Positions 1 through 11,771 are shown, counted from the first letter of the stretch. The stretch: DNA of 64,000 nucleotides from an uncultured Eubacteriales bacterium (GCA_964390295.1 CAYMHR010000003.1:27514-91513), one strand, 5' to 3'. Notes: a model not told the origin generated them from the letters alone. Program-made: numbers and translations.

Positions 1-1
1 A

Positions 2-1885
2 GCCGTGGTGGCACTGGCGCTGATCGCCGTCACCGTGTGGCATCTCACACGCGTACAGCGTGGGATTCACCGCTATTTGAAGGCGGTAGCAGGATCGCTG
101 GATCCGCAGGATCGATCAGCGCTGGAGCTCATGCCGATCCCGGTCGTCACGGTAACGGACGGCGGCGAGTTGGTGTGGTATAACACGCTGTTCCGTCGCG
201 AGGTGCTCGGCGGCGAGGACCAATACGGCTCGCCACTGGAAGCGGTGTTTGACGATCTGTCGGCCGATCGTCTGAATCGTCGCCTGCTTCCGCAGGTGCG
301 TTGCCGGGAGAACACCTATGCGGTTTACGTTTCCAAGCTGCGCCGGGGAGCGCAGGGCGCTTATGTGCTGTATTGTATTGACAATACCGAACTGACGCGC
401 ATTGCCAAGGAATATGAGGACAGCCGCCCCGTGGTGCTGTCGCTCTACATAGACAACGGCGAGGAGATCACGCAGAACTTGCGCGACAGCGAGCGTGCAC
501 AGTTGATCTCCCGCGCCGAAACCATGATGGAAGATTGGATCGCGGCGTATGCCGGTATTTTTCGCAAATGCGGCAGTGATCGCTTTTTAGCGCTGGTGGA
601 GCACCGGCACCTGGCGGATATGATGAACAGCCGCTTCGATATTCTGGATAAGGTGCGGTCGGTGCGAACCGCCGAGGGGATCAGCGTAACGCTGTCCATC
701 GGTGTCGGCATCGGAAAAACGTTTAACGAAGCGGAAACGCAGTCGCGTCAGTTGTTGGATATGGCATTGGGGCGTGGCGGCGATCAGGTCGTTATCAAAA
801 CGCCGAACGGCTTCGATTTTTACGGCGGCCTGTCGCGTAGCGTGGAGAAGCATACCAAGGTGCGTACCCGTGTGGTAGCGTCGGCGTTGCAGGATATGAT
901 CCTCACCAGTGACAATGTGCTGTTGATGGGGCATAAGTATTCCGACTTGGATTGTCTCGGCTCCTGCGCCGCCATGGCGTCGGTTTGCCGCAGCTTGGGG
1001 AAACCCGCTTACGCCGTTTACGATCCGCAGTCCACGTTGGCAGGCGTGCTTGTACAGCACTATGCCAAGACCCGGCGCGACGACGTGTTTATCGGTGAAC
1101 GGGATGCTCTGTCGATGATCAACGATCATACGTTGCTTATCATTGCGGACATCCATCAGCCGGAGCGGTTGGAGGTGCCGGAGCTGTATCGCCGTGCCAA
1201 AACGGTGGTGGTGATCGACCACCACCGCAAGACGGTGAATCATATCGACGATGCCGCGTTATTTTACCACGAGCCGAATGCCAGCTCGGCTTCGGAAATG
1301 GTGGCGGAGTTGGTGCAGTATATGCCGGATGCCAAGCTTGGCCGCACCGAAGCGGAGGGGTTGTTCGCCGGCATGATGCTGGATACGCGCAACTTTGTGA
1401 TGAAATCCGGTGTCCGCACCTTTGAGGCGGCGGCGTACTTACGCCGTCTCGGTGCCGATACCGTGGCGGTCAAGCAGTTGTTTTCGGAAACGATGGAAAC
1501 CTACCGCCAGAAGGCGGCCATCATTGCCTCCGCTCGCCACTACGACGTAACGGCGATCGCCTTTACCGACGAGGGCGAGGGCGCTCAACTGCGCATCGCG
1601 GCGGCACAGGCGGCGGATGAGCTGTTGTGCGTGAAGGGAATCGAGGCCTCCTTCGTGCTGTTCCCCGACGGGGACGGCTACAGTATTTCCGCCCGTTCCT
1701 ATGGTGCCGTCAACGTCCAACTGGTCATGGAAGCGCTGGGCGGCGGCGGTCATCAAACCATGGCGGGAGCGTGTCTGCGCGCCACCGACCGCCGGACGGC
1801 CGAGGCATCGCTGCAAAAGGCGATCGACGCTACCTTGACCGAGCGTCGTCGCGCACAGAGTATACAACAACAGGCAGAACAATAA
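2..1885 (+). CDS. gdpP: GdpP-like DHH/DHHA1 phosphodiesterase (c-di-AMP phosphodiesterase family), 5' end cut by window edge
   Basis: The ORF is open to the window start. It has DLD and DHH motifs (SDLDCLG, VVIDHHR) and a GGGGH DHHA1 motif. The order gdpP-rplI-dnaB is conserved in Firmicutes. Confidence 0.8.
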   Translation, partial: AVVALALIAVTVWHLTRVQRGIHRYLKAVAGSLDPQDRSALELMPIPVVTVTDGGELVWYNTLFRREVLGGEDQYGSPLEAVFDDLSADRLNRRLLPQVRCRENTYAVYVSKLRRGAQGAYVLYCIDNTELTRIAKEYEDSRPVVLSLYIDNGEEITQNLRDSERAQLISRAETMMEDWIAAYAGIFRKCGSDRFLALVEHRHLADMMNSRFDILDKVRSVRTAEGISVTLSIGVGIGKTFNEAETQSRQLLDMALGRGGDQVVIKTPNGFDFYGGLSRSVEKHTKVRTRVVASALQDMILTSDNVLLMGHKYSDLDCLGSCAAMASVCRSLGKPAYAVYDPQSTLAGVLVQHYAKTRRDDVFIGERDALSMINDHTLLIIADIHQPERLEVPELYRRAKTVVVIDHHRKTVNHIDDAALFYHEPNASSASEMVAELVQYMPDAKLGRTEAEGLFAGMMLDTRNFVMKSGVRTFEAAAYLRRLGADTVAVKQLFSETMETYRQKAAIIASARHYDVTAIAFTDEGEGAQLRIAAAQAADELLCVKGIEASFVLFPDGDGYSISARSYGAVNVQLVMEALGGGGHQTMAGACLRATDRRTAEASLQKAIDATLTERRRAQSIQQQAEQ

Positions 1886-1913
1886 CCGATTTACAGAAAG
1901 CAGGCGAAGTACA

Positions 1914-2354
1914 ATGAAGGTAATTCTCAAGCAAGACGTGAAGGGACAGGGCAAAAAGGGCGAACTGGTCCAGGTGTCCGACGGCTATGCCCGCAACTTT
2001 TTGTTGCCGCGCGGTTTGGCTGTGGAGGCCGATGCCCAGGCGATGAACGATTTGAAAAATAAGGAAGATGCCCGACTGCACCATTTGGCAGTGGAAAAGA
2101 AGGAAGCGGAAGCGGCGGCGGCTACGCTGAACGGCAAAACGGTAAAAATCGTTGCGCGCGCCGGTCAGGGCGGTCGTTTGTTTGGCTCGGTGACAACCAA
2201 GGAAGTCGCTGAGGAGTTGCAAAAGCAGTATAGCGTCACGATTGATAAGCGCAAGATCGCCATGGCGGATGCCAAGGCGTTCGGTGCCTACGAAGCGGAA
2301 CTGAAATTTCCGCAGGGTGTGACTGCGAAGATTACCGTAATGGTGGTTGAATAA
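1914..2354 (+). CDS. rplI: 50S ribosomal protein L9
   Basis: The N-terminus [36 protein letters not shown] is typical of L9. The product is 146 aa. Confidence 0.95.
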   Translation: MKVILKQDVKGQGKKGELVQVSDGYARNFLLPRGLAVEADAQAMNDLKNKEDARLHHLAVEKKEAEAAAATLNGKTVKIVARAGQGGRLFGSVTTKEVAEELQKQYSVTIDKRKIAMADAKAFGAYEAELKFPQGVTAKITVMVVE

Positions 2355-2373
2355 ACCTGAAGGAAGTGTGACC

Positions 2374-3735
2374 ATGGCGGCGAACGTAGCCGAATTTAAC
2401 GAGATGAATCTGCCGCACAGCCTGGAAGCGGAGCAAGCGGTGTTGGGTGCTATTCTGATGGATGCGGATTGTATCAATCAGGTGGCGGATATTCTGCGCC
2501 CCGAACATTTCTTTTTGGCAGAGCACCAGGCGATTTACGCGATCATGCAGATGAAAATGATGGAATCGAAAACCATCGATTTTGTCACCGTGCTGGAAGC
2601 GCTGAAATCCGAATCGTATTTTTCCGGCGAAGAGGGGAAAGCCTATCTGCTCAAGCTGGCGCAAATCGTTCCCTCCATCTCCAATATTACCAACTATGCG
2701 CGGATCGTGCGTGAAAAATACGACGTGCGCGCCTTGATTGGTGTCTCACGCGAGATCATCGGGGACGCCATGGACCCCAGCACCGACGCCTCCTTGCTCA
2801 TCGATTCCGCCGAGCAAAAAATCTACGATATTCGGCAGGATCGTCACCAGGGCGGCTTGATGCCGATTCAGGACGTGATCGCCTCAAACTACGAGATGTA
2901 CAGTAAGCTCAATTCCGCGGAGCGCGATCAATACGTCGGTATCCCGACCGGCATCAGCGCGTTGGATGAGATCACCACCGGCCTGAACCGTTCCGACTTG
3001 ATTATCGTCGGTGCGCGTCCCGGTATGGGTAAAACCAGCTTTGCGCTCAACGTGGCACGCAACGTGGCGGTTCAGCAAAATCGCCGTGTCGCGGTGTTCA
3101 ACCTGGAAATGTCGCGCGAGCAGATGGTCAACCGCTTTTTGTCTGCCGAAGCGCGCGTTTCCTCCAAAAAACTGCGTACCGGTAACCTGACTCCCGATGA
3201 ATGGAGCCGGATGGCGTACGCTTCCGGCTTGCTGTGCAAAGCGCCCATCTTTTTGGACGAAACCGCCAGCATCACCGTGCCGGAAATGAAGGCGCGTCTG
3301 CGCCGCTTGAAGGACGTCGGCTTCGTGATCATCGACTATTTGCAGTTGATGCATTCCGCCAAGCGCACCGACAACCGCGTACAGGAGGTTTCGGATATTA
3401 CCCGTAGCCTGAAGATTATGGCCAAGGAGCTGAACGTTCCCGTTATGGTGTGCGCTCAGTTGGCGCGTACCACGGAAAAGCAGACCAATCACCGCCCGGC
3501 GCTGGCGGATCTTCGTGAATCCGGCTCTATCGAGCAGGATGCCGATCAGGTGTTGTTCCTGTACCGTGATGAGTACTATAAAAACGAGAAAGAAGACCCT
3601 TCGTCGGTCGAGGTGGGCACATCCGAAGTGATCGTTGCCAAGAATCGCCACGGTGAGCTGGGTACGGTGAAGCTGGCGTTCCAGGGCGAATTCACCCAGT
3701 TTACTTCGTTGGAGTTGCACCAAAACGAGGGATGA
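2374..3735 (+). CDS. dnaB: replicative DNA helicase DnaB/DnaC
   Basis: Walker A GARPGMGKTSF and a RecA-like C-terminal domain. I chose the ATG at 2374, after GGAAG, over the upstream in-frame start at 2347 that overlaps rplI. Confidence 0.93.
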   Translation: MAANVAEFNEMNLPHSLEAEQAVLGAILMDADCINQVADILRPEHFFLAEHQAIYAIMQMKMMESKTIDFVTVLEALKSESYFSGEEGKAYLLKLAQIVPSISNITNYARIVREKYDVRALIGVSREIIGDAMDPSTDASLLIDSAEQKIYDIRQDRHQGGLMPIQDVIASNYEMYSKLNSAERDQYVGIPTGISALDEITTGLNRSDLIIVGARPGMGKTSFALNVARNVAVQQNRRVAVFNLEMSREQMVNRFLSAEARVSSKKLRTGNLTPDEWSRMAYASGLLCKAPIFLDETASITVPEMKARLRRLKDVGFVIIDYLQLMHSAKRTDNRVQEVSDITRSLKIMAKELNVPVMVCAQLARTTEKQTNHRPALADLRESGSIEQDADQVLFLYRDEYYKNEKEDPSSVEVGTSEVIVAKNRHGELGTVKLAFQGEFTQFTSLELHQNEG

Positions 3736-5132
3736 TGGGTATGGAATTGTCGATGAAGGCTCTTGCCGCAATTCGGCGTGAGCAGATGTTGCCTCCCGGC
3801 ACCGCTGTGGTCGTGGGGCTTTCCGGCGGTGCCGATTCCGTGGCGCTGTTGCATCTGTTGCTGTCCTTGCGGGAGGAGCTTTCGCTGTCTGCGGTCACGG
3901 CGGTCCACGTCAACCACGGCTTGCGCGGCGAGGAGGCTCTGCGCGATCAACGCTTTGTCGAGCGGTTGTGCGAGCAGTGGCAGGTTCCGCTGACGGTGCA
4001 TGGCTGTGACGTGGCGGCGCTGGCGGTCGAGCAGCATTGCGGCACCGAAGAAGCCGGTCGGATCGTCCGCTATCGCCTGCTGGAGCAGGCGGCGGATGCC
4101 TGGCCGTCGTCCCGGATCGCTACGGCACACACGGCCAGCGATAACGTGGAAACGGTGTTGTTGCACCTGTGCCGCGGCAGTGGCTTGCACGGCTTGGCGG
4201 GAATTCCGCCGGTGCGTGGTCGCGTGGTTCGCCCTTTGATTGATTGCACGCGTGCCGAGATCGAGGCTTATTGCTTGAAAAACGGGTTATCCTATATGAC
4301 CGACAGCACCAACGCCGATCCGACTTACGCACGCAACCGTGTTCGTCATCGGATCGTACCGGAGTTGAAAGCTATCAATCCGCAGGTCGAAACGGCGATC
4401 GCCCGCACGATCCGGCGCGCCGCCGAATGGGATGCCGACGTTACCGAACGGGCACAGGCGTTGCTGAACGAGGCACGCCGTAGTGCCGATACGTATAGCC
4501 GATCCGTTCTGTGCCATGCGGAAGCTGCCGTACAGGCGACGGCGTTGCGGCTGCTGCTGGGCGAACGCGGCGATCAGCGCGGCAGTGAGGTGCAAATTCG
4601 CCGTGCCCTTCGTCTGTTGGAGCGGGGCGGTGCCGTGACGGTCTCCGGTGCTCGACAGTTGACGATTCGTGGGGATACGGTGTGTCTGTCGGTGCCGTCG
4701 GCGGCACTGCCGCCGTTTCGGTTCGAACTGTCCGGCCCGGAAGCGACGTGGTCGGTGGGGGAGGATCATTGGTGCTTGCACCGCCTGTCCCGTCGGGAAT
4801 ATGAACAAAAACTGAATATTTCAAAATTTGTGTTTGCAAATGCGTTGGATTATGATAAGATAAATGGTAGTTTGTACGTTCGTCAGCGTGAGCCGGGCGA
4901 TGCGTTCCACCCTTGTGGGCGCGGTTGCGGAAAAAGCTTGAAAAAGCTGTTGAACGAAGCGGCCGTTCCGCCGGCAGAGCGGGATGCTATTCCGGTTTTG
5001 TGCGATGCCGACGGGATCGTTTCCGTAGTAGGCTTTGGGTGCGATGAGCGCGTCCGCATTACCGAAACGACGACAAACGTGTTATGGATGGAAAAAACGG
5101 AGGGTAAAAACAATGGCTTCGATGTACGATGA
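3732..5132 (+). CDS. tilS: tRNA(Ile)-lysidine synthase
   Basis: PP-loop motif SGGADS. The start overlaps the dnaB stop (ATGA). tilS-hpt-ftsH synteny. The exact start is uncertain (3732 or 3741). Confidence 0.88.
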   Translation: MMGMELSMKALAAIRREQMLPPGTAVVVGLSGGADSVALLHLLLSLREELSLSAVTAVHVNHGLRGEEALRDQRFVERLCEQWQVPLTVHGCDVAALAVEQHCGTEEAGRIVRYRLLEQAADAWPSSRIATAHTASDNVETVLLHLCRGSGLHGLAGIPPVRGRVVRPLIDCTRAEIEAYCLKNGLSYMTDSTNADPTYARNRVRHRIVPELKAINPQVETAIARTIRRAAEWDADVTERAQALLNEARRSADTYSRSVLCHAEAAVQATALRLLLGERGDQRGSEVQIRRALRLLERGGAVTVSGARQLTIRGDTVCLSVPSAALPPFRFELSGPEATWSVGEDHWCLHRLSRREYEQKLNISKFVFANALDYDKINGSLYVRQREPGDAFHPCGRGCGKSLKKLLNEAAVPPAERDAIPVLCDADGIVSVVGFGCDERVRITETTTNVLWMEKTEGKNNGFDVR

Positions 5133-5670
5133 CGTAGAAAAGGTACTGTTCACCGAAGAACAGATTGCCGAGATCGTTCAAAAAATGGGGCAGCAGATCA
5201 GCCGGGATTACGAAGGAAAAAATCTGGTGCTGGTCAGCGTGCTGAAGGGCTCGCTGATTTTCATGGCAGACCTGATGCGTGCCATCACCGTGCCGTGCTC
5301 CATCGACTTCCTGTCGGTGTCCAGCTACGGCAACAGCACCGTCACCTCCGGTGAGGTGCGGATTTTGAAGGATTTGGACGGCTCGCTGGAGGGAAAGGAT
5401 TTGCTGGTAGTCGAGGATATTCTCGATTCCGGCGTAACGCTATCCTTCTTGCTGAAAACGCTGTCGGCGCGCAATCCGGCCAGCGTGCGGCTGTGCACGT
5501 TCTTGGATAAGCCGGAGCGCCGCCGAGTGGATATTCATGCCGATTACGTCGGTGCCTCGGTGCCGGATGCCTTTATTGTCGGCTACGGCCTGGACTATGC
5601 GGAAAAGTATCGCAACGTACCGTATATCGGCGTACTGAAGCCGGAAATCTATACACACGGGGAGGCATGA
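5113..5670 (+). CDS. hpt: hypoxanthine phosphoribosyltransferase
   Basis: PRPP-binding motif LLVVEDILDSGVTL. I took the internal ATG at 5113 (MASMYDD...) rather than the long overlap with tilS. Confidence 0.92.
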   Translation: MASMYDDVEKVLFTEEQIAEIVQKMGQQISRDYEGKNLVLVSVLKGSLIFMADLMRAITVPCSIDFLSVSSYGNSTVTSGEVRILKDLDGSLEGKDLLVVEDILDSGVTLSFLLKTLSARNPASVRLCTFLDKPERRRVDIHADYVGASVPDAFIVGYGLDYAEKYRNVPYIGVLKPEIYTHGEA

Positions 5671-5677
5671 GATCACA

Positions 5678-7609
5678 GTGGAGTCTCGCAACAACAATTT
5701 TGGAAAAACCCTGCGTAAGCTGGGGCTGATCATCGGAATACCGTTGGTTATCATCGTAATTTTCTGGATGTTCACGTCGGGAACACGGACAAGCAAGGAT
5801 AAGGTGTATTCCGACTACGTGGATTATTTCCGCAAGGGTCAGGTGGAATACTTTGATCTGAATCTCGGAAGCGGAGAGGTCAATATTCTCTTAAAGCAGG
5901 CATACCGCACGGACGTCAACGGCGACGGAAAAATCACCGATGCCGATACGATTACCTATTCCGTGCCGAACGTTAGCCTGTTTTTGGACGATATCGACGA
6001 TTACAAGGACGCGGTGCGGTACGACACCATTCCCGCTTCGCAGATGTCCTCGTGGATTGTCAGTATGATCCCGTCGTTGCTCATGATCGCGCTATTCGTT
6101 GTCATGTGGATCATGATGCGCCGATCGCTCGGCAATATGGATGGCGGCAAAATGATGGGCTTCGGCAAGGCACATATCAAACAGCCGAATGACGAAAGTC
6201 GCCGCACCACGTTTGACGACGTCGCCGGTGCCGACGAAGAAAAGGAAGAACTACAGGAAATCGTGGAATTTCTGCGTTCGCCCAAGCGGTTTAAGGAGTT
6301 GGGGGCGCGGGTACCGAAGGGCGTGTTGCTCGTCGGCCCTCCCGGTACCGGTAAAACTCTGTTGGCTCGCGCCGTTGCCGGTGAAGCCGGTGTGCACTTC
6401 TTTTCCATTTCCGGCTCCGACTTTGTGGAAATGTACGTCGGTGTCGGCGCTTCCCGCGTGCGCGACCTGTTTGAGCAGGCTAAGAAGAATAATCCCTGCA
6501 TCATCTTCATCGATGAGATCGACGCCGTCGGTCGTCAGCGCGGTGCCGGTCTGGGCGGCGGTCACGACGAGCGTGAGCAAACGCTGAACCAGTTGCTGGT
6601 GGAAATGGACGGCTTTGCCGCCAACGAAGGCGTGATCATGATGGCGGCAACGAACCGCCCCGACATTTTGGACCCGGCGCTGATGCGTCCCGGTCGTTTC
6701 GACCGTCAAGTCGTGGTGAATTACCCGGATATGAAGGGCCGCGAAGCGATCTTGCGTGTGCATGCTCGCGGAAAGCCGCTGGCTCCCGACGTCGATTTGG
6801 CCGTCATTGCCAAATCAACGGTGGGCTTCACCGGTGCCGATCTGGAAAACCTGTTGAACGAATCGGCGTTGCTAGCGGCGCGTCGTGGCCTGCACGCCGT
6901 CACGATGCATGAAATTGAAGAAGCTACCTTAAAAATCGTGGTGGGTACCGAAAAGCGCAGCCACGTCATTTCGGAAAAGGATAAGCGCATCACGGCGTAC
7001 CACGAAGCCGGTCACGCCATCGTGTCCTATTTCTGCCCGACGCAGGACCCGGTGCATCAAATCTCGGTCATTCCGCGCGGCATGGCCGCCGGATTCACCA
7101 TGAACCTTCCGGAGCGCGATCATGAGCATTTAACCAAAAATCGGATGCTGGAGGATATCGAAGTGCTGTTGGGCGGCCGTGTGGCCGAAGAACTGGTTGT
7201 CGGTGATATTTCCACCGGTGCCTCCAACGACCTGGAGCGCTCTACCGAAACGGCACGAAATATGGTGACGAAATACGGCATGAGTGGAAAGCTCGGCCCG
7301 GTGGTGTTCGGTGCTTCCGAATCCAACGAGGTGTTCCTCGGCCGCGACTTCGGGCACACGCGTAATTATTCAGAAGAGATCGCCGCCGCTATCGACAGCG
7401 AGATCAACGCCATCATCACCAATGCCTATGCGCGCACCACGCAAAAGCTGGAAAGCCATCGCGAACAGCTGGACGTGATCGCACAGTATTTGATCGATCA
7501 CGAAAAAATGGATGGCGAGCAATTCCTGGCCGCCATGGAGGGACGGGAAATTCCGGCCTACACCAACAGCTCCCTGTTTGCCGGCAACGAACCGGAAAAA
7601 GCGGAATAA
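5678..7609 (+). CDS. ftsH: ATP-dependent zinc metalloprotease FtsH
   Basis: N-terminal TM segments, AAA Walker A GPPGTGKT and zinc motif HEAGH. GTG start. Confidence 0.96.
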   Translation: MESRNNNFGKTLRKLGLIIGIPLVIIVIFWMFTSGTRTSKDKVYSDYVDYFRKGQVEYFDLNLGSGEVNILLKQAYRTDVNGDGKITDADTITYSVPNVSLFLDDIDDYKDAVRYDTIPASQMSSWIVSMIPSLLMIALFVVMWIMMRRSLGNMDGGKMMGFGKAHIKQPNDESRRTTFDDVAGADEEKEELQEIVEFLRSPKRFKELGARVPKGVLLVGPPGTGKTLLARAVAGEAGVHFFSISGSDFVEMYVGVGASRVRDLFEQAKKNNPCIIFIDEIDAVGRQRGAGLGGGHDEREQTLNQLLVEMDGFAANEGVIMMAATNRPDILDPALMRPGRFDRQVVVNYPDMKGREAILRVHARGKPLAPDVDLAVIAKSTVGFTGADLENLLNESALLAARRGLHAVTMHEIEEATLKIVVGTEKRSHVISEKDKRITAYHEAGHAIVSYFCPTQDPVHQISVIPRGMAAGFTMNLPERDHEHLTKNRMLEDIEVLLGGRVAEELVVGDISTGASNDLERSTETARNMVTKYGMSGKLGPVVFGASESNEVFLGRDFGHTRNYSEEIAAAIDSEINAIITNAYARTTQKLESHREQLDVIAQYLIDHEKMDGEQFLAAMEGREIPAYTNSSLFAGNEPEKAE

Positions 7610-7625
7610 GACAGAAACGCAAAAA

Positions 7626-7656
7626 GCTCCGGCAGGATTCCTGCCGGAGCTTTTTG
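7626..7656. terminator. bidirectional intrinsic terminator between ftsH and pyk
   Basis: GCTCCGGCAGG-ATT-CCTGCCGGAGC, flanked by AAAAA and TTTTT. Confidence 0.85.
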
Positions 7657-7674
7657 CACGTTCATCGAGAAGAA

Positions 7675-9102
7675 TTAGTGACGATCACCCACGATCTCCA
7701 CCTTGAGCAGATTGGTGTTGCCGCTGGTCGCCAACGGTACGCCGGCAACAATGACCACACGGTCGCCCGGTTCCACGGCATCGATTTGCCGCGCACAGTC
7801 AATGGCGTGCTGTAACAGCTCGTCCGAAGTGCTCTGATACCGCGCCATGACCGGGTAAACGCCCCAGGAAAGTGCCAACTGGTGGTACGCCTTTTCCACG
7901 GGCGTTGCGGCGACAATGGCCATCGAGGGACGGAATTTCGACATCCGGCGTGCGGTTTGTCCGTACTTTGTCAACGCAATGATCGCCTTGGCTTTAATGT
8001 CGCGCGCCGTCGTACAGGCGGCGTCGCACATGGCGTTGGTAACGTCGGTGTCCATATCGTAGCGGAAGCCTTCGTAGCTTCCGAGCATGAGCGCGTCTTC
8101 TTCAGCCTGTTCCGCGATTTTGGCCATGACCTGCACCGCTTCGATCGGATACTGACCGGCCGCCGTTTCGCCCGACAACATGATCGCCGAGGTGCCGTCG
8201 AACACGGCGTTTGCCACGTCGGTGATTTCGGCACGGGTGGGGGTGGGACTGTTCATCATGGATTCCAGCATCTGCGTGGCTGTGATGACCATTTTGCCGG
8301 ATTGATAGCAACGGCGGATAAACTGCTTTTGCAGACCGGGCAGACGTTCGTATTCGATTTCAACGCCCATGTCACCGCGTGCCACCATGATGCCGTCGGA
8401 ATTGGCGAGAATTTCATCAAAATTGTCTACGCCTTCGATGTTTTCAATTTTGGCGATAATGCGAATATCGTGACCACCGTGGTAATTCAAAAATTTACGC
8501 AACGCCAAAATATCCGCCTTGCTGCGCGTGAAAGAGGCGGCGATAAAATCCACGTCCTGTTCAATGCCGAACAGCAGATCGGCCTTGTCCTGCTCGCTCA
8601 AATAGGGGATGGACAGGCTGACGTGGGGCACGTTGATGGATTTGTGGTTGCTCACCACGCCGCCGTGGATCACGCGGCAGTGAATTTCCGTGTCTTCGAT
8701 TTCCTCCACCTTCAGGTGCAGCTTGCCATCGTCGATCAAAATGGAGTCACCGACCGTCAGCTCCTGCGGCAGCTTGGCATACGTGACCGAAGCCAGCTCG
8801 GCAGAACCCAAAACGTCCCGCGTGGTCAAGGTGAAGCGATGATCCTTTTTAATAGTCACCTTGCCGCCTTCAAAATCGCGCAAGCGGATTTCCGGCCCTT
8901 TGGTGTCCAGCAACAGCGCGATCGGCGTTTCCATTTCTTGGCGCAGTTCACGAATAATCTGGATACGGCGCGCATGGTCTTCATAGGTGCTGTGGGAAAA
9001 ATTCAGTCGAGCCACGTTCATGCCGCAACGGATCATTTCGCGGATCGTTTCTTTATCCTCGGTCGAGGGGCCGAGTGTGCAAACGATTTTCGTCTTTCGC
9101 AT
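7675..9102 (-). CDS. pyk: pyruvate kinase
   Basis: MRKTKIVCTLGPS N-terminus and a full-length PK fold by similarity. Start taken at the ATG at 9102. Confidence 0.95.
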   Translation of the reverse strand: MRKTKIVCTLGPSTEDKETIREMIRCGMNVARLNFSHSTYEDHARRIQIIRELRQEMETPIALLLDTKGPEIRLRDFEGGKVTIKKDHRFTLTTRDVLGSAELASVTYAKLPQELTVGDSILIDDGKLHLKVEEIEDTEIHCRVIHGGVVSNHKSINVPHVSLSIPYLSEQDKADLLFGIEQDVDFIAASFTRSKADILALRKFLNYHGGHDIRIIAKIENIEGVDNFDEILANSDGIMVARGDMGVEIEYERLPGLQKQFIRRCYQSGKMVITATQMLESMMNSPTPTRAEITDVANAVFDGTSAIMLSGETAAGQYPIEAVQVMAKIAEQAEEDALMLGSYEGFRYDMDTDVTNAMCDAACTTARDIKAKAIIALTKYGQTARRMSKFRPSMAIVAATPVEKAYHQLALSWGVYPVMARYQSTSDELLQHAIDCARQIDAVEPGDRVVIVAGVPLATSGNTNLLKVEIVGDRH

Positions 9103-9285
9103 AATGATGATTCCTTCCTTTCCTATCATCCTGCCAAAATTTAGCCAGTATCAGTATAACGCATCGTAAGTCAAATATCAACGCCGTTCTCACTTTTTGA
9201 AATAAATTGGCCCAAATGAAACTTTCGCTGCATAAATCCTTCGGTCGCGTCCATACTAGTGACGAGGCGACGGGAGGTATTGCAA

Positions 9286-10017
9286 TTGAAAAACGACGCA
9301 AAATTTACCGAAGATACACCATCCGAAAAGAAAAACGGAAAAGGCTTTTATATCGCTTTGGCGGTGTGCCTGGTCGCTGTGTGTGGCGTGGCGGTTTCCG
9401 GCTTTGTCAGCGGCTTGTCCAAGGCAACGCCGCAAACCGGTACGACGGGCACGGCAGCGCGCACAACCGCGACTACCACCGGCATACAGCAGGTGGTGGT
9501 CAAGGCGACCGACGTGAAGGACGATCGCACCACGACTCGAACGACGGTGACGTCCGCCGTGTCGACGACCACGACGCAAGCGGAGACGTGGTTTGTGTTT
9601 CCGGCCACCAACCGGGTGCTGTTGCCGTTCAGTGACGAGCTGATTTATTCCGAAACTCTGTCGGAGTGGGGCACGCATAACGGCGTGGACTTTGAGGCGA
9701 AAGCCGGAACGCAGGTGAAGGCGACCGCCGGCGGTACCGTGACCGGTATTTACCGGAATTTGTTGTGGGGCACGGTGATCGAGATCGATCACGGCGGCAA
9801 GGTGGTATCGCGTACCTGCGGTGTGGATGCCAAAAATCTGACGCAGGGGCAAACGGTTCAGGCGGGCGATGTGATCGGAACGGTGTCGGAAATTCCGGCC
9901 GAATCGCTGACGGCATCGCACGTTCATTTGGAAATTTCGGCAAACGGAAAGTACGTGAACCCGTTGTTGCTCATTCGCGGCGAAGCGGTATTTGTCGAGA
10001 ACGACACCAACGAATAG
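9286..10017 (+). CDS. M23 family peptidoglycan metalloendopeptidase, membrane-anchored with a Thr-rich linker
   Basis: HNGVD (HxxxD) and HVHLE (HxH) motifs plus an N-terminal TM helix. The TTG at 9286 lies 8 nt after GGGAGG. The ORF track starts at 9259. Confidence 0.82.
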   Translation: MKNDAKFTEDTPSEKKNGKGFYIALAVCLVAVCGVAVSGFVSGLSKATPQTGTTGTAARTTATTTGIQQVVVKATDVKDDRTTTRTTVTSAVSTTTTQAETWFVFPATNRVLLPFSDELIYSETLSEWGTHNGVDFEAKAGTQVKATAGGTVTGIYRNLLWGTVIEIDHGGKVVSRTCGVDAKNLTQGQTVQAGDVIGTVSEIPAESLTASHVHLEISANGKYVNPLLLIRGEAVFVENDTNE

Positions 10018-10070
10018 GCACCTGCCCTCGGAAACCGAATGTTCGGCGCGGCAAGAAGGGCAACCAAAAA

Positions 10071-10098
10071 GGCTGTGACAGTAGTCACAGCCTTTTTG
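10071..10098. terminator. bidirectional intrinsic terminator
   Basis: GGCTGTGAC-AGTA-GTCACAGCC, flanked by AAAAA and TTTTT. Confidence 0.8.
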
Positions 10099-10106
10099 TC
10101 AGTTTG

Positions 10107-10865
10107 TCAGCAAACAGTAAATTTCATCAGCCAACGGTGGGGGACCAGCTTGGACAATACGCGATAGAATTTGTACAGAAAACGGTTGGTGTACCAGCTT
10201 TTTCCACGTAGCAGGCGCACCAATGAAACGCGCGCGACCTCCTGCGGTTGGCAGTAGGGGAGCGTTTGAAAGGGCTTGGATTTTCCTACGAGATCGGCCA
10301 CCTCCAAAAACTCGGTCGCCATCGGGCCGGGGCAGACGGCTAGCACGTTGATTTTGCGCGAGCGAAGCTCGGCGCGCAGGGCTTTGGAAAAGCTGCTGAC
10401 GTAGGCCTTGGTCGAGCAATACACAGCCATGCGCGGCGTGGGAACAAACGAGGCGATCGAGCTGACGTTGAGGATGCCGCTTCCGGCGGTTATGTGCGGC
10501 AGGGTAAGCGAGGTGATCGCCGTCAAAGCACGGCAGTTCAAATCGATCATGGCAAGCTGGTTGTCCGTGGGAAGAGCGTCGAAGTCCCCCAACTTGCCGA
10601 AGCCGGCGTTGTTGACAAGCAACGTGACCTCCGCACCGCTGCCGTCGAGAGCCTGGCGGTAGCGCTGCAGATCGTCGCCGTTGCACAAATCCAGCGAAAG
10701 CAGTCGAAAGGTGCGTTGCGGATGGTCGTTGGCAATGGCCTGCAAGCGCTCTGTGCGGCGGGCGACCAACCAAATTTCTTCGACCTGTGGCAACTGTTCC
10801 ACGGTTTGACGGACGTATTCCTTTCCCAGCCCGGAGGAGGCTCCGGTAATGATGGCAATCTTCAT
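10107..10865 (-). CDS. SDR family oxidoreductase
   Basis: TGASSGLG cofactor motif and YCSTK (YxxxK). The ATG at 10865 follows AAGGAG. Confidence 0.85.
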   Translation of the reverse strand: MKIAIITGASSGLGKEYVRQTVEQLPQVEEIWLVARRTERLQAIANDHPQRTFRLLSLDLCNGDDLQRYRQALDGSGAEVTLLVNNAGFGKLGDFDALPTDNQLAMIDLNCRALTAITSLTLPHITAGSGILNVSSIASFVPTPRMAVYCSTKAYVSSFSKALRAELRSRKINVLAVCPGPMATEFLEVADLVGKSKPFQTLPYCQPQEVARVSLVRLLRGKSWYTNRFLYKFYRVLSKLVPHRWLMKFTVC

Positions 10866-11009
10866 AGTGCACACTCCTTTGGATTGAGTATGCCACAATT
10901 TTCAAAAAAAGTAAAGGTTTTTTCTTCACAATGAAAAATCGGGGCTTCCCTTTTTCGATATTCTGTGATATACTGAAGCATTATAAGGGATAATGTGAGG
11001 TTTTGGTGT

Positions 11010-11771
11010 ATGCAGCAACCGGTAACGGAGGCGGAGGATCGCATTGTCGGACGTAACGCCGTCATGGAAGCGTTGCGTTCCGGTCGTGCATTGGACAGTG
11101 TGTGGATCGCCAAGGGAGAACGCACGGGTAGCCTCCATGCCATTTGTGCCAAATGCCGGGAGGCCGGCATTCCGGTGAAAGACGTCGATTCCCGCAAGCT
11201 GGCCACGGTTGGCGGAAACAATCACCAGGGGGTGGTTGCCTTTGCCGCCTGTAAGGAATACGCTACGCTGGACGATATTTTCAAACGGGCCGAGCAGTCC
11301 GGTGAACCGCCGTTTATTTTGGTGTGCGACGGGCTGGAGGATGCCCACAATCTCGGTGCCGTTATTCGCAGTGCGGAAGCCGCCGGTTGTCACGGCATCG
11401 TGATCCCCAAGCGGCGCTCGGTCGGGCTCAACTCCACGGTGGCGAAAACCTCGGCAGGTGCCGTGGAATACGTACCCGTCGTGCGGGTCGCCAATCTCAC
11501 CGAAACGCTTCGTCGCTTAAAGGAACGCGGCGTGTGGGTCTACGGTCTGGATATGGACGGCTCACCGTGGTGTCAAACCGATTTAACCGGTGCCGTGGCG
11601 ATCGTGGTCGGCTCGGAGGGACACGGTATCAGCCGACTGGTTCGCGAGCAGTGCGACGGCATTTTGTCTTTCCCCATGCGCGGTAATATCAATTCGCTGA
11701 ACGCGTCGGTGGCTTGCGGTATCATGGTGTACGAAGTCACGCGACAGCGTTTGGGATTAAAGCATATTTGA
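11010..11771 (+). CDS. rlmB: 23S rRNA (guanosine-2'-O)-methyltransferase RlmB (SpoU/TrmH family)
   Basis: SpoU substrate-binding N-domain plus TrmH motifs (GLEDAHNLGAVIRSAEA, VVGSEGHGIS). Confidence 0.85.
   Translation: MQQPVTEAEDRIVGRNAVMEALRSGRALDSVWIAKGERTGSLHAICAKCREAGIPVKDVDSRKLATVGGNNHQGVVAFAACKEYATLDDIFKRAEQSGEPPFILVCDGLEDAHNLGAVIRSAEAAGCHGIVIPKRRSVGLNSTVAKTSAGAVEYVPVVRVANLTETLRRLKERGVWVYGLDMDGSPWCQTDLTGAVAIVVGSEGHGISRLVREQCDGILSFPMRGNINSLNASVACGIMVYEVTRQRLGLKHI

Noticed and set aside
7882-9144. 420-aa ORF on the + strand opposite pyk. Similar long antisense ORFs occur at 587-1243, 2884-3771, 12828-13763, 14255-15121, 20507-21331, 22068-22853, 27294-28496, 31866-33002, 34529-35656, 47388-48332 and 50639-51628.
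   Set aside because: These are typical shadow ORFs of GC-rich coding DNA. They have Arg/Gly/His-rich, low-complexity translations and no SD. Each lies opposite a confidently identified gene.
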